Source: Candidatus Hydrogenedentota bacterium (lineage in GTDB: Bacteria > Hydrogenedentota > Hydrogenedentia > Hydrogenedentales > JAEUWI01). From it: a stretch of DNA of 64,000 bases. The notes under the pieces were generated by a model, which was not told the DNA's origin, searched no databases, and was given only the letters and a program-made list of their open reading frames with translations. Shown here one piece after another: positions 1-8,961 of this stretch (position 1 is the stretch's first letter; the number at the start of each line of letters is the position of its first letter). Both the position numbers and the translations under genes were made by a program. The stretch lies in contig JAXMOL010000011.1 in NCBI GenBank assembly GCA_034669905.1, positions 89,037 through 153,036 on the forward strand, given 5' to 3'.

Positions 1-1
1 C

Positions 2-706
2 TGGCGTGACCATGTGGCCCCCTATGGCCCGAAGGAAGCGGCCAAGATGCTGAAGGATTCTGACCTGGAAGTCGTCAGCCTGTGTCGGGGCGGATTCTTT
101 CCGGCCACCTCGGGGATGGCCCGTGAACAGGCCCGCACCGACAACCGCAAGATCATCGACGAGGCCGCCGAATTGGGAGCACCCGTCTTGGTGCTCGTCT
201 GTGGCGCCGTACCCGATCTGGATCTGAAAACCCAGCGCCAGCAGATTGCGGAAGCCATCCATTCCCTTATCCCCCATGCGAAGGGCGCGGGCGTAAAGCT
301 GGCCATTGAACCCCTTCACCCCATGTATTCCGCAGATCGCTCCGCCATCAACGCCATGGACCAGGCCAACAACATGGTCATGATGCTGGGCAGCGAACAG
401 GTGGGCATCGCCCTGGACGTGTACCACGTGTGGTGGGACCATTTCCTGAAGGCCGAAATCGAACGGGCCACGGGCACCATCTTTTCCTTCCACGTCTGCG
501 ACTGGCGCGTGCCCACGCGGGACATGCTGAATGACCGTGCGGTCATGGGCGACGGCTGCATCCAGATCAACGAGATTCGGGGCTGGGTGGAAAAGGCGGG
601 CTTTGACGGATTCATCGAAGTGGAAATCTTCTCCGATGAGCTCTGGGGCATGGATCAGGAACGCTATCTGAGGCGCATCAAGAACGCCTATCTGAAACAC
701 GTGTAG
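2..706 (+). CDS. Sugar phosphate isomerase/epimerase (xylose isomerase-like TIM barrel), 5' end outside window
   Basis: Motifs LAIEPLHP, DVYHVWWD, FHVCDW, DRAVMGDG, EVEIFS; the frame is open back to the window edge. Confidence 0.85.
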   Translation, partial: WRDHVAPYGPKEAAKMLKDSDLEVVSLCRGGFFPATSGMAREQARTDNRKIIDEAAELGAPVLVLVCGAVPDLDLKTQRQQIAEAIHSLIPHAKGAGVKLAIEPLHPMYSADRSAINAMDQANNMVMMLGSEQVGIALDVYHVWWDHFLKAEIERATGTIFSFHVCDWRVPTRDMLNDRAVMGDGCIQINEIRGWVEKAGFDGFIEVEIFSDELWGMDQERYLRRIKNAYLKHV

Positions 707-812
707 TCGGCTGATTCAGATCGATGGGGTGTTGTTTGCAAGGTACCGCTTATTCATGACGGCCAATCCGTGTCGCCCTTGTATTACCGCGTCTCTGTAC
801 AGGTCGATGGTA

Positions 813-1015
813 CGGGCTTTCAGCCCTGTACGATTCTATTGGCCCAAACATGGGGCGTTGCCCCATGCTGATATGTTTTCGGGCCGTTGGCCCTACAGGA
901 GGCTTCCACTATGGGACCAAGACTCCTTCCATAGCGCCGAAGGCGTGCGACATGCCAGCCTGGGGCGAAGCCCCAGGAAATCAAGGTTTAAATTGTAATA
1001 AGGGCTGAAAGTCCG
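813..1015. repeat. REP-like palindromic element, family A (outer IR GGGCTTTCAGCCCT / AGGGCTGAAAGTCC)
   Basis: Outer inverted repeats plus internal hairpins; 849-894 matches 9863-9908 at 44/46 nt. Confidence 0.8.
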
Positions 1016-1081
1016 CCCCAATACGGCGGACATAAGCGCCTTCACCTACACATCAAACCACGAACTGCGCGGGGTACGTGT

Positions 1082-1195
1082 TCAGACGATACCGCTGATA
1101 AGCAGACTCAGTGCAGAGATTAGTTCGGTCACGAAGTTTAATGCGAAGAACAGGGTATCCCGGACCAATAGAAACAGTGCCAATAGAATCTGCAT
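1082..1195 (-). CDS. Putative 37-aa hydrophobic small protein (MQILLALFLLVRDTLFFALNFVTELISALSLLISGIV)
   Basis: Translated by hand (below ORF-track cutoff); GGAG 6 nt before ATG; extended -10-like TGTTATACT at 1290-1282. Confidence 0.5.
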   Translation of the reverse strand: MQILLALFLLVRDTLFFALNFVTELISALSLLISGIV

Positions 1196-1315
1196 GATGT
1201 ACTCCAGCAAGGTGGACGCCACCGCGTCCTTCGGTAGACAAGAAGCGCCGAGCGCCTCCAACAGGTAGCTTTGGGTGCCCGAGTATAACAGAAAGTAACT
1301 TCACAGGAGCCACCC

Positions 1316-2818
1316 ATGAGTGACGCCCCCCTTGATCGCCTGAAAGCCCGCCTCGGCGAGGTAAGTGATATTAACAGTGCCGTTTCCCTGCTCCACTGGG
1401 ACCAGGAAGTCTTTATGCCGCCCAAGGCCGCCGAAGGCCGGGGGCAGCAGCTCGCCACCCTTTCGGGCTTGGCCCACCGGCTCTTTACGGACGCGGAAAT
1501 CGGGCAGATGATTCTCCAGCTCATGGACCAGGGCGACCTTTCCGGCGATGACGCGAAGCTGGTGAGCGAAGCGGCCTACGACTACAACCAGGCCACCAAG
1601 GTACCCGAGGCCTTCGTCCAGAAATTCGCCATTGCGCAAAGCAAGGCCTATGAAGCCTGGGTGGCGGCCCGGGAAGGGTCGGACTTCAAAACCTTCCAGC
1701 CCCATCTCGAAACCATGGTGTCCCTGCTGCGCGAGAAGGCCGACTTGCTGGGTTATGAAGGCTCGCCCTACAACGCCCTGCTGGGCGAATATGAGCGGGG
1801 CATGACCGCGGAAGAGCTCAAGACTATCTTTGGCGACCTGGCCCCACGCCAGGGTGCGCTGGTGGACCGCATCGTCAATGCGCCCCAACAACCCGATCTC
1901 GCCTGGCTCGACCAGGAGTGGGATCCGGACACCCAATGGGACATCAGCATGGACGTCCTCCGCGATATCGGCTATGACTTTGATGCGGGTCGTCAGGACC
2001 GCTCGGTCCACCCCTTCACCATCAACTTCGACACGAAGGACGTACGGGTTACCACCCGCATCCATCCCAAAGAACTCTTCTCCGGCCTCACGGGCTCCAT
2101 CCACGAGGGGGGCCACGCCCTCTATGAGCAGGGCTTTCTGGATAAGGACCGTCGCACGGTCTTGGGCCAGGCCATTTCGCTGGGCATTCACGAATCCCAG
2201 TCGCGCATGTGGGAAAACATGATTGGCCGTAGCCAGCCCTTCTGGAACCGCTATGCGAGCCGCCTTCAGGTAGCCTACCCCGGCCAGCTCGACGACCAGA
2301 GTCCCGAGGATTTCTATCGGGCCATCAACCACGTGGCCCCCACCTTCATCCGCGTGGAAGCCGATGAGTGCACCTACAATCTTCACGTCATCATTCGCTT
2401 TGAGATCGAACTCGCCCTCATCGAAGGTGATTTGGCGGTGGCCGACGTGCCGGAAGCGTGGAACGCCAAGATGAAGCAATACTTGGGGCTCGACGTAGCG
2501 GACGACGCCAATGGCTGTCTGCAGGATATCCACTGGTCCCACGGCAGCATGGGCTACTTCCCCACCTACGCCCTGGGCAACCTCTACGCCGCCCAGCTTT
2601 TTGAGACCATCGAGGGCGCGATACCCGACCTTTGGAAACAGGTAGAGGCCGGTGACTTTGCGCCGTTGCTGGGCTGGCTGCGCAGCAACGTCCACGAAGT
2701 AGGACGGCGTCAGACCGCAGTGGAGCTTATCGAGAACGTAACGGGCAAGGCGCCCTCTGCGGACGCCTTCATGCGCTATCTCGAAGGGAAGTACTTGCCC
2801 CTCTATGGGCTGAGCTAA
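1316..2818 (+). CDS. Carboxypeptidase, peptidase family M32 (Taq-like)
   Basis: HEGGH zinc motif, HPF, HESQSR, IRVEADE, QDIHW, GYFPTYALG; AGGAG RBS. Confidence 0.95.
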   Translation: MSDAPLDRLKARLGEVSDINSAVSLLHWDQEVFMPPKAAEGRGQQLATLSGLAHRLFTDAEIGQMILQLMDQGDLSGDDAKLVSEAAYDYNQATKVPEAFVQKFAIAQSKAYEAWVAAREGSDFKTFQPHLETMVSLLREKADLLGYEGSPYNALLGEYERGMTAEELKTIFGDLAPRQGALVDRIVNAPQQPDLAWLDQEWDPDTQWDISMDVLRDIGYDFDAGRQDRSVHPFTINFDTKDVRVTTRIHPKELFSGLTGSIHEGGHALYEQGFLDKDRRTVLGQAISLGIHESQSRMWENMIGRSQPFWNRYASRLQVAYPGQLDDQSPEDFYRAINHVAPTFIRVEADECTYNLHVIIRFEIELALIEGDLAVADVPEAWNAKMKQYLGLDVADDANGCLQDIHWSHGSMGYFPTYALGNLYAAQLFETIEGAIPDLWKQVEAGDFAPLLGWLRSNVHEVGRRQTAVELIENVTGKAPSADAFMRYLEGKYLPLYGLS

Positions 2819-2889
2819 GCCGCAGGGAAGAGGGGCCTCGGGGTGCCACCCTCAAGCGGGGCGGCTACGCCGCAGTGCTTGTGGGTGAC

Positions 2890-3440
2890 AGGACTTCACT
2901 GGAGCGGGGCCGCCCGACAAAGGCCACAGAAAAAACAAGTTGCAGCACACGTTCAAGCGTGGAGTTCATGAGCTCAATGCACCCACAAGCTTCCCCCGCT
3001 GCGCTCCTCCGCTTGAGGGTGGCACCCGACATCCTGTTGAAGAGGGGGACAGCCCCGACGTCTGCACGGGCTTCGCTGTGGCCAGAGGGAATTTTTCGCC
3101 CGCGGGTTGACGGCACTTAGCCCGGTTCATTGCGTCGGTGCAGTCCCCGCTGATGGCACAAAAAAGGACTTCACTGGAGCGAGGCCGCCCGACAAAGGCC
3201 ACAGAAAAAACAAGTTACAGCACACGTTCAAGCGTGGAGTTCATGAGCTCAATGCACCCACAAACTTCCCCCGCTGCGCTCCCCCGCTGCGCTCCTCCGC
3301 TTGAGGGTGGCACCCGACATCCTGTTGAAGAGGGGGACAGCCCCGACGTCTGCACGGGCTTCGCTGTGGCCAGAGGGAATTTTTCGCCCGCGGGTTGACG
3401 GCACGTAGCCCGGTTCATTGCGTCGGTGCAGTCCCCGCTG
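2890..3440. repeat. Tandem duplication (2890-3152 and 3165-3440) of a composite REP-containing unit
   Basis: Near-identical units differing by about 4 substitutions and a 13-nt internal duplication. Confidence 0.95.
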
Positions 3441-3444
3441 CTCG

Positions 3445-3801
3445 TCAGCCAAACAACTCCGCCCACACGTCTTCTTTAAATCCCACCGTGGCCGCGTCAT
3501 CGCCCAATACAAAAGGACGTTTGACTAGATTGCCATTCTCCGCGAGCATGGCCAACGCTTCGTCTTCCGACAGAGTCGGCAGCTTCTCCTTCATGTTCAG
3601 GGCCTTGTAGTCCTGTCCGGAAGTGTTGAAGAGCTTCTTGATGTTCCCGTCCATGGCCGCAAGCATCGTCTTCAACTCGGTGACCTTCGGCGGCGTTTCG
3701 CGGATGGGGTGGTTCTCATAGGCGACGCCCTGTGCATCGAGCCACTTGAGGGCTTTCTTACAGGTGCCACAGTTTTTGTAGGTGTAGAGTTTGAGGGCCA
3801 T
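3445..3801 (-). CDS. ArsC/Spx/MgsR family protein (YffB-like)
   Basis: CGTC, NTSG, LVKRP, VGF motifs; start chosen at MALKLYTY after AAAGGAAA. Confidence 0.9.
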   Translation of the reverse strand: MALKLYTYKNCGTCKKALKWLDAQGVAYENHPIRETPPKVTELKTMLAAMDGNIKKLFNTSGQDYKALNMKEKLPTLSEDEALAMLAENGNLVKRPFVLGDDAATVGFKEDVWAELFG

Positions 3802-3898
3802 GGGTTTTCCTTTTCTTATGTTGTCGTCGCTTGGACCGGGCCGCACATGGTACCCGGATGGGCAGGCAGGCTACAAGCTGTGGCAGACGCCCGTCGTT

Positions 3899-4056
3899 GA
3901 AAGGACCAAAAGGACATAAAGGACGTAAAGGCCAGCGAGACGGATGAGCGGGCTGGATAGCGGTTCAAAGACCACGAATTGGCACCGGTGTCACCGTGCC
4001 CTGTGCGCTTCGACAGTCATTGTCCTTTGGGTCCTTTATGTCCTTTAGGTCCTTTC
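3899..4056. repeat. Inverted pair of 9-nt-period AAAGGAC arrays
   Basis: 3899-3933 has four AAAGG(A/C)C units; 4021-4056 has four GTCCTTT units. Confidence 0.8.
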
Positions 4057-4091
4057 CCCGCAGCTTGCCTCCGCCCCCTTTCCATGCTAGG

Positions 4092-4105
4092 ATTGGTTAT
4101 AACCA
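4092..4105. promoter_or_regulatory. Palindromic operator candidate ATTGGTTATAACCA
   Basis: Perfect 12-bp palindrome TGGTTATAACCA upstream of the RBS; identical 14-mer at 62101-62114. Confidence 0.65.
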
Positions 4106-4134
4106 CTTTGCACCATTACCTGAGGGAATCTATT

Positions 4135-5343
4135 ATGCCGAAATGCCATCTCCTCTTCGCACTGGCCTTGCTCTCCCCACTCGCGGCCCCTGCCACGACC
4201 TTCTCCGAGCACCTCATCTACGAGAAATTCAGCTACCCCTATGGCATCGCAGCGGGTGACCTGGATGGCGATGGCGACCTCGACCTCTCCAGTGCCGACT
4301 GCAAGACCAATGACTCCGTCTACTGGTTCGAAAACGACGGACAGGGAAATTTCACCCAACACTTCGTCCAGAAGAATGACCCCGATCGGCTGGAGCGCCA
4401 TTTACTGGGCGATGTGAACGCCGACGGACACCTGGACATCGTCATCGTAAAAAACCTCCGGGGCCACCTTCTCTGGTTCGAAAACAACGGTACCCCGAAA
4501 GACGGTCAACTGTGGAAGCGACACGTCATCACCGAAGATCTTCCCGGAGCCTATGACGTGGCCCTGGCCGACATCGATCAGGATGGCGATCTCGATGTAG
4601 CGGGCTCCAGTTGGGTATTGGGCAATCAGTTCGCCTGGTTTGAGAACGACGGTACCCCTGCGGATGGCCATTGGAAGAAACACCTCATCGAAGGGGATGT
4701 GGACGAAACCCGCGCCATTCGTGCCGCCGATTTTGATGCCGATGGCGATGTGGACTTTCTGGGCGTCATCTCGGTAAACCCGGTGGCTAACGAAGACGGC
4801 GTGAAAGAATTCAAACCCGGCTTTGTGGTCTGGTATGAGCAATACCGCGACGGTGACGCCATTGCCTTTCGTCGCCATGATGTGGCCACGGCTATTCGCC
4901 CGCTCCATGGCGAGCCCGCCGATATGGATGGAGACGGCGACCTGGATATTGTGATGGCCATGGGCATGTCTGCCCCCGTGGACAGGAAAGACACCCATCG
5001 GGTCCTGTGGTATGAGAACACGGACGACCGTCATGCGCCCTGGCCTGCCCACGTGGTGGCCGATCGCTTCCGGGACGGCTTCGAAGCCATTGCCTACGAT
5101 ATGGATCAGGATGGCGACATGGATGTAATCGCGACGTCGTGGCGGACACCGGGCCAAGTGGCCTGGTTTGAAAATTCGGGCGATGCGAAAGGCCCGTGGA
5201 CGAAACACCCCTTGAAGACCGACTGGCGGAGTGCAAACCAGGTCATCGTCGCGGACTTCAATGGCGACAAGCGCCCCGACATTGCCGCTATCGCGGAATA
5301 TGGCAGTCTGGAACTTCGCTGGTGGCGCAACGAAGGGCCGTGA
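4135..5343 (+). CDS. Secreted FG-GAP/VCBS-repeat beta-propeller protein
   Basis: Signal peptide; about seven DxDGDGDLD repeats with WFEN/WYE motifs; start reassigned to ATG 4135 after GAGGGA. Confidence 0.9.
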   Translation: MPKCHLLFALALLSPLAAPATTFSEHLIYEKFSYPYGIAAGDLDGDGDLDLSSADCKTNDSVYWFENDGQGNFTQHFVQKNDPDRLERHLLGDVNADGHLDIVIVKNLRGHLLWFENNGTPKDGQLWKRHVITEDLPGAYDVALADIDQDGDLDVAGSSWVLGNQFAWFENDGTPADGHWKKHLIEGDVDETRAIRAADFDADGDVDFLGVISVNPVANEDGVKEFKPGFVVWYEQYRDGDAIAFRRHDVATAIRPLHGEPADMDGDGDLDIVMAMGMSAPVDRKDTHRVLWYENTDDRHAPWPAHVVADRFRDGFEAIAYDMDQDGDMDVIATSWRTPGQVAWFENSGDAKGPWTKHPLKTDWRSANQVIVADFNGDKRPDIAAIAEYGSLELRWWRNEGP

Positions 5344-5349
5344 CTTTCC

Positions 5350-5964
5350 CTACACGAAGAGGACGGGTAGCCCGTCCAGGATAAGCGCCAGAATCGCGAA
5401 CTTTGACCAGCGACGATCCCACGGGTAGAGGCTGGACACGGCCAGGATCACGGATGCAATGATGGCGACCGTGCCCACCCCGATGAGGGGCGGTAATACG
5501 AATGAAAACGACGCGCCACGGAGCGAAAGGTCGTTGTAGTTGTGGGACATGATAAGGTGGAGCATGGCCGCACTCAACAGCGAAAGTCCCACCACGGACA
5601 AGACCAGCGCTGCCGCCGCACGGGGAATAACGCGGCGCGTCCGGCGGATACTCGTGGGGGAAGGTGCCTTGACGTAGACCACACCATCATGCCCCATGAC
5701 CCGGGCATCTAACTGCACGGCCATGGCCAACATCTTGGTGAGGACTTCGAGATCAGAAGAAACGCCCACCACGTTGCCCCGCTCCAGGCGGAACACGTTG
5801 GCATGGGTCTTCCAGCTCACCGCCCCGTTGGGGTCATCTTCCACCCCGTCACGGCGCAACTCCCCATCAAGCGCCACGTGATCTGCCCATTCCTCGGCAG
5901 TTATCTCGGGGCCGTCCTCCTGAGAATAACGCGTACGGCGGGTAATGTAATAGGTTTCTTCCAT
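5350..5964 (-). CDS. Hypothetical protein with C-terminal transmembrane helices
   Basis: 204-aa ORF, about three hydrophobic segments, 2 nt from the upstream stop. Confidence 0.65.
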   Translation of the reverse strand: MEETYYITRRTRYSQEDGPEITAEEWADHVALDGELRRDGVEDDPNGAVSWKTHANVFRLERGNVVGVSSDLEVLTKMLAMAVQLDARVMGHDGVVYVKAPSPTSIRRTRRVIPRAAAALVLSVVGLSLLSAAMLHLIMSHNYNDLSLRGASFSFVLPPLIGVGTVAIIASVILAVSSLYPWDRRWSKFAILALILDGLPVLFV

Positions 5965-5966
5965 AA

Positions 5967-6413
5967 TTATTCTACTTCTCCGGTCGGTCCCATTTGGAGT
6001 TCTCCCAACGACACCACGTCCGTTGTATGCCCCAAGGTGACGGGCACATCGACGACGCCGAAGGACCCCGTCTCCACCTGGAAAACTACGGTAATCGCCT
6101 CGCCATCGCCTGCTGAATCCGGGCGCCCTCCCCGACGCGGCACGGATCCTTCATAGGTAAACGATAGTGTCCCATCGGCATCCGTGTACCCATCATAGAT
6201 CACCGCCTCCCCCACTTTCACGATCACGCGGCGCCCTTCGATGGCTTCGCCGGACTGTCCGTTGACCAAGGCACCGCGCACCTCCACGGCATAGTCATAG
6301 CGCACACAGCCCCCGAGGCCGAGCACGAGCAGAGAAAGACACAAAAGGGGGCGGATGACGGTGGCCGATAGCCATCGCCCGAAAAAAAACGGCCATGAAA
6401 TTACGTGATTCAT
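5967..6413 (-). CDS. Putative lipoprotein with carboxypeptidase-regulatory-like beta-sandwich
   Basis: Hydrophobic stretch ending LGGC (lipobox-like); TDADG motif; start reassigned to MNHVISW after GGAGGG. Confidence 0.6.
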   Translation of the reverse strand: MNHVISWPFFFGRWLSATVIRPLLCLSLLVLGLGGCVRYDYAVEVRGALVNGQSGEAIEGRRVIVKVGEAVIYDGYTDADGTLSFTYEGSVPRRGGRPDSAGDGEAITVVFQVETGSFGVVDVPVTLGHTTDVVSLGELQMGPTGEVE

Positions 6414-6450
6414 TCTCTCACCCTCCACCGGTCCGCCCCACCGGCCCTGT

Positions 6451-7887
6451 TCATGCACCGGCGACCACGACGGGTTCCGGCAGTTGGCGCTCGATTTCAT
6501 CGACCCGATAGCCAAAGCCCGTGCCCGAGAGACTCTCGAGGCGCACCACGCCGTCACGACGCTGGTAAAGCCCTGGATGCACCTTGGCTTCCGGCTGGCT
6601 CGCATCCGGATAAAACTGCATGGCATTGGTTTCGACGCCCATGATGGTGCCTGCGTGAGCCGCGAGCAAGACATGGGGAATCTGAGCGAGCATGGGGTTG
6701 GTCAAATCCTGCACCATGAGGGTCATGCCGTGGGCCTTGGCCCAACACATGCTCAAGAGCGCACCCGTCTGGGTTTTACAGGTCTTGAGCGCAACGCCCG
6801 TCCAACCCAGCTCCCGCCCCAGGCGCACCAGCTCCCAGTCATGGGCGCTTTCATCCATAAACAGGGGCTTGCGGGACGAGACACTGTGTACATCGATCCG
6901 GTTTTCTTCCAGCTCGTAGGGGAAGGGTTGTTCCACATAGAGGAGCATGCCGCAGATGCGGGGATACTCCACGATAAGCCGGTCGAGAATGGCGTTTACA
7001 TAGGCCGGATCCGTCACCGTGCAATTGAAGTCTGTGGTCAACCAGACCACGCCCTCTTCGATGGCGATGGTGCCCACATCCACAATGCGCTGGTAATCCC
7101 ACACCGCATCGGTGCCACAAAGCTTAATCTTCAGACAGGTAAGCCCATCGGTGCGAATCCAGTCTTTTAACAGCACCGGGTAGTCATCCTGCGGCAGGAC
7201 GATATCGGGTTCGAAAAAGGTCAGCGGGTCTTTGCCACCGACGAGGTGCCAGGCGGGCAGCGCCGTCGGGTGGGGCAATTGGAAAAAGTCCTGGGGATAC
7301 AATCCATCAAAGGACACATCCGTGCCCGTCGCCGGCTCAACAAACTGGCTCAGGTCCCGGTTCATGTAATTGCCGTTGTAGGTTTCGTAGACGGGCACCT
7401 TGTTGAGATTGCCGTAGGCGTCGTGGAGGGCGATATCGAAGGCGGAGCAGCAGACGAGGGCCGCGAGCCAGGGCATATCTTCATCGGCCCGCCCCGCGTT
7501 GAAGTCGGCCAGCAGGGTGGGCAATTGCTCTTGCAGGAAATCGTGGCCCACTTCCATGGCATGGCCCATTGTGTCGAAGGCCGCCCAGGCCGTCGCCAGT
7601 TTCTCGCAGAAGGCCATGAGGGCCCCTTCGCGGATACTGTAGTCCAGGCTGCTGGGCCAGACCCAATTGCCACTCAAGGGAGTCTCGCCCCAACCGGCGG
7701 CCCGGTTACCGTCGGCATCACATACCTCCATCTTCACGCGGGCACATTGGATATGGGTAGATACGGCCGACCCGAACTTGAGGGGCACGCGGAGGGTGCA
7801 GGGGATGTAGTAGAGCTGGGTAGCGACGGGGCGTACGTCGGTCGATTTCGACACGTTTTCATTCCTTATGGGCACAAATCCGGACAT
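6451..7887 (-). CDS. Enolase-superfamily (mandelate racemase/muconate lactonizing-like) enzyme
   Basis: GWGET, DIALHDAYG, KIK, DFN, EQP, DES, K metal/catalytic pattern; exact start uncertain. Confidence 0.85.
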   Translation of the reverse strand: MSGFVPIRNENVSKSTDVRPVATQLYYIPCTLRVPLKFGSAVSTHIQCARVKMEVCDADGNRAAGWGETPLSGNWVWPSSLDYSIREGALMAFCEKLATAWAAFDTMGHAMEVGHDFLQEQLPTLLADFNAGRADEDMPWLAALVCCSAFDIALHDAYGNLNKVPVYETYNGNYMNRDLSQFVEPATGTDVSFDGLYPQDFFQLPHPTALPAWHLVGGKDPLTFFEPDIVLPQDDYPVLLKDWIRTDGLTCLKIKLCGTDAVWDYQRIVDVGTIAIEEGVVWLTTDFNCTVTDPAYVNAILDRLIVEYPRICGMLLYVEQPFPYELEENRIDVHSVSSRKPLFMDESAHDWELVRLGRELGWTGVALKTCKTQTGALLSMCWAKAHGMTLMVQDLTNPMLAQIPHVLLAAHAGTIMGVETNAMQFYPDASQPEAKVHPGLYQRRDGVVRLESLSGTGFGYRVDEIERQLPEPVVVAGA

Positions 7888-7962
7888 GGGTGAAACAATT
7901 CACTATGTTCCACGGGTCCAAACGAAGCGTTAAATACTTAACCTGAGAATAGGAAGTGTGCC

Positions 7963-8871
7963 ATGAGTACCCTCCGGACTACAATGCTTCTCGCTGTCTG
8001 CCTCGTTGTCGCTCCCCTCTGGGCGGCGCCTATCGTCGAGAAGGTCACCCATCATCATGCGGAGAACGACGGCGTCAAGATACACTACGTCGCCCTTGGG
8101 GAAGGGCCGCTTCTGGTCTTTATCCACGGCTTTCCCGACTATTGGTATAGCTGGCGCCACCAACTGGAAGCCCTCGCAAAAGACTATCGTGTCGTCGCCC
8201 TGGACCAGCGGGGCTACAACCAAAGCGACAAGCCAACGGGGGCGGATAACTATGGCATTTCCCATCTGGTGGGCGATGTGGTGGCCGTCATTCAGGACAA
8301 CGGAGCCGAAAAAGCGACGCTGGTCGGCCATGACTGGGGAGGCTACGTGGCGTGGTCCACGGCCATGTCTGCGCCAGCGCACGTGAGCGCCCTGGTCATC
8401 TGTAACCTGCCCCACCCCACCAATCTGCAGCGTGAACTCGCCCACAATCCCGCACAACAAGAGGCCAGTGCCTATGCGCGGGCCTTTCAATTGCCCGGGG
8501 CCTACAAACAGTTAAGCCCCGAGATCCTTACCCAGATTGTGGCAAAGGACGACGTGGAGGCCCAGGCGCACTATCGTGAAGCCTTCCAACGCTCCAACAT
8601 CGAAGCCATGCTCCACTACTACACCCAGAACTATCCCCGACCGCCCTACACGGAAACCGGCGAGGCCCTCCCCCGCATCGGGGTTCCGGTCCTCCAGTTT
8701 CATGGCCTGGCCGACGAGGCCCTCTTGCCCGGGGGCTTAAACGATACCTGGAAGTACCTGGATGGACCCTATACCCTGGTCACGGTGCCGGGAGCTGGTC
8801 ACTGGGTGCACCACGACGCGCCCGACCTGATTAACCATACGCTCTTGGATTGGCTGGGGCGGAACCGGTAG
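7963..8871 (+). CDS. Secreted alpha/beta hydrolase (epoxide hydrolase-like)
   Basis: HGFPD, DQRGYNQS, GHDWGG nucleophile, GHWVH; signal peptide. Confidence 0.9.
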   Translation: MSTLRTTMLLAVCLVVAPLWAAPIVEKVTHHHAENDGVKIHYVALGEGPLLVFIHGFPDYWYSWRHQLEALAKDYRVVALDQRGYNQSDKPTGADNYGISHLVGDVVAVIQDNGAEKATLVGHDWGGYVAWSTAMSAPAHVSALVICNLPHPTNLQRELAHNPAQQEASAYARAFQLPGAYKQLSPEILTQIVAKDDVEAQAHYREAFQRSNIEAMLHYYTQNYPRPPYTETGEALPRIGVPVLQFHGLADEALLPGGLNDTWKYLDGPYTLVTVPGAGHWVHHDAPDLINHTLLDWLGRNR

Positions 8872-8961
8872 AATTCCGTCGTATCCACGCCGCAATAAAC
8901 CGCCACCGTCGGGCATTTCTGTGTAATTTTGCGGTGCATCGACCTATCTCCGGACTCCCCC

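Noticed and set aside
1053..1313. 86-aa minus-strand ORF in the track
   Set aside because: No RBS or motif; the 37-aa frame has the better RBS and coherent composition
1301..2695. Long antisense ORFs (e.g. 1301-2695, 18819-20789, 25127-26806, 59163-60662)
   Set aside because: Shadow frames opposite well-supported genes in GC-rich DNA; no motifs of their own
2890..3440. Possible CRISPR array
   Set aside because: Two long near-identical units, no unique spacers, no cas genes
2865..3512. Cluster of 65-87 aa ORFs with repeated peptides
   Set aside because: They are translations of the tandem repeat
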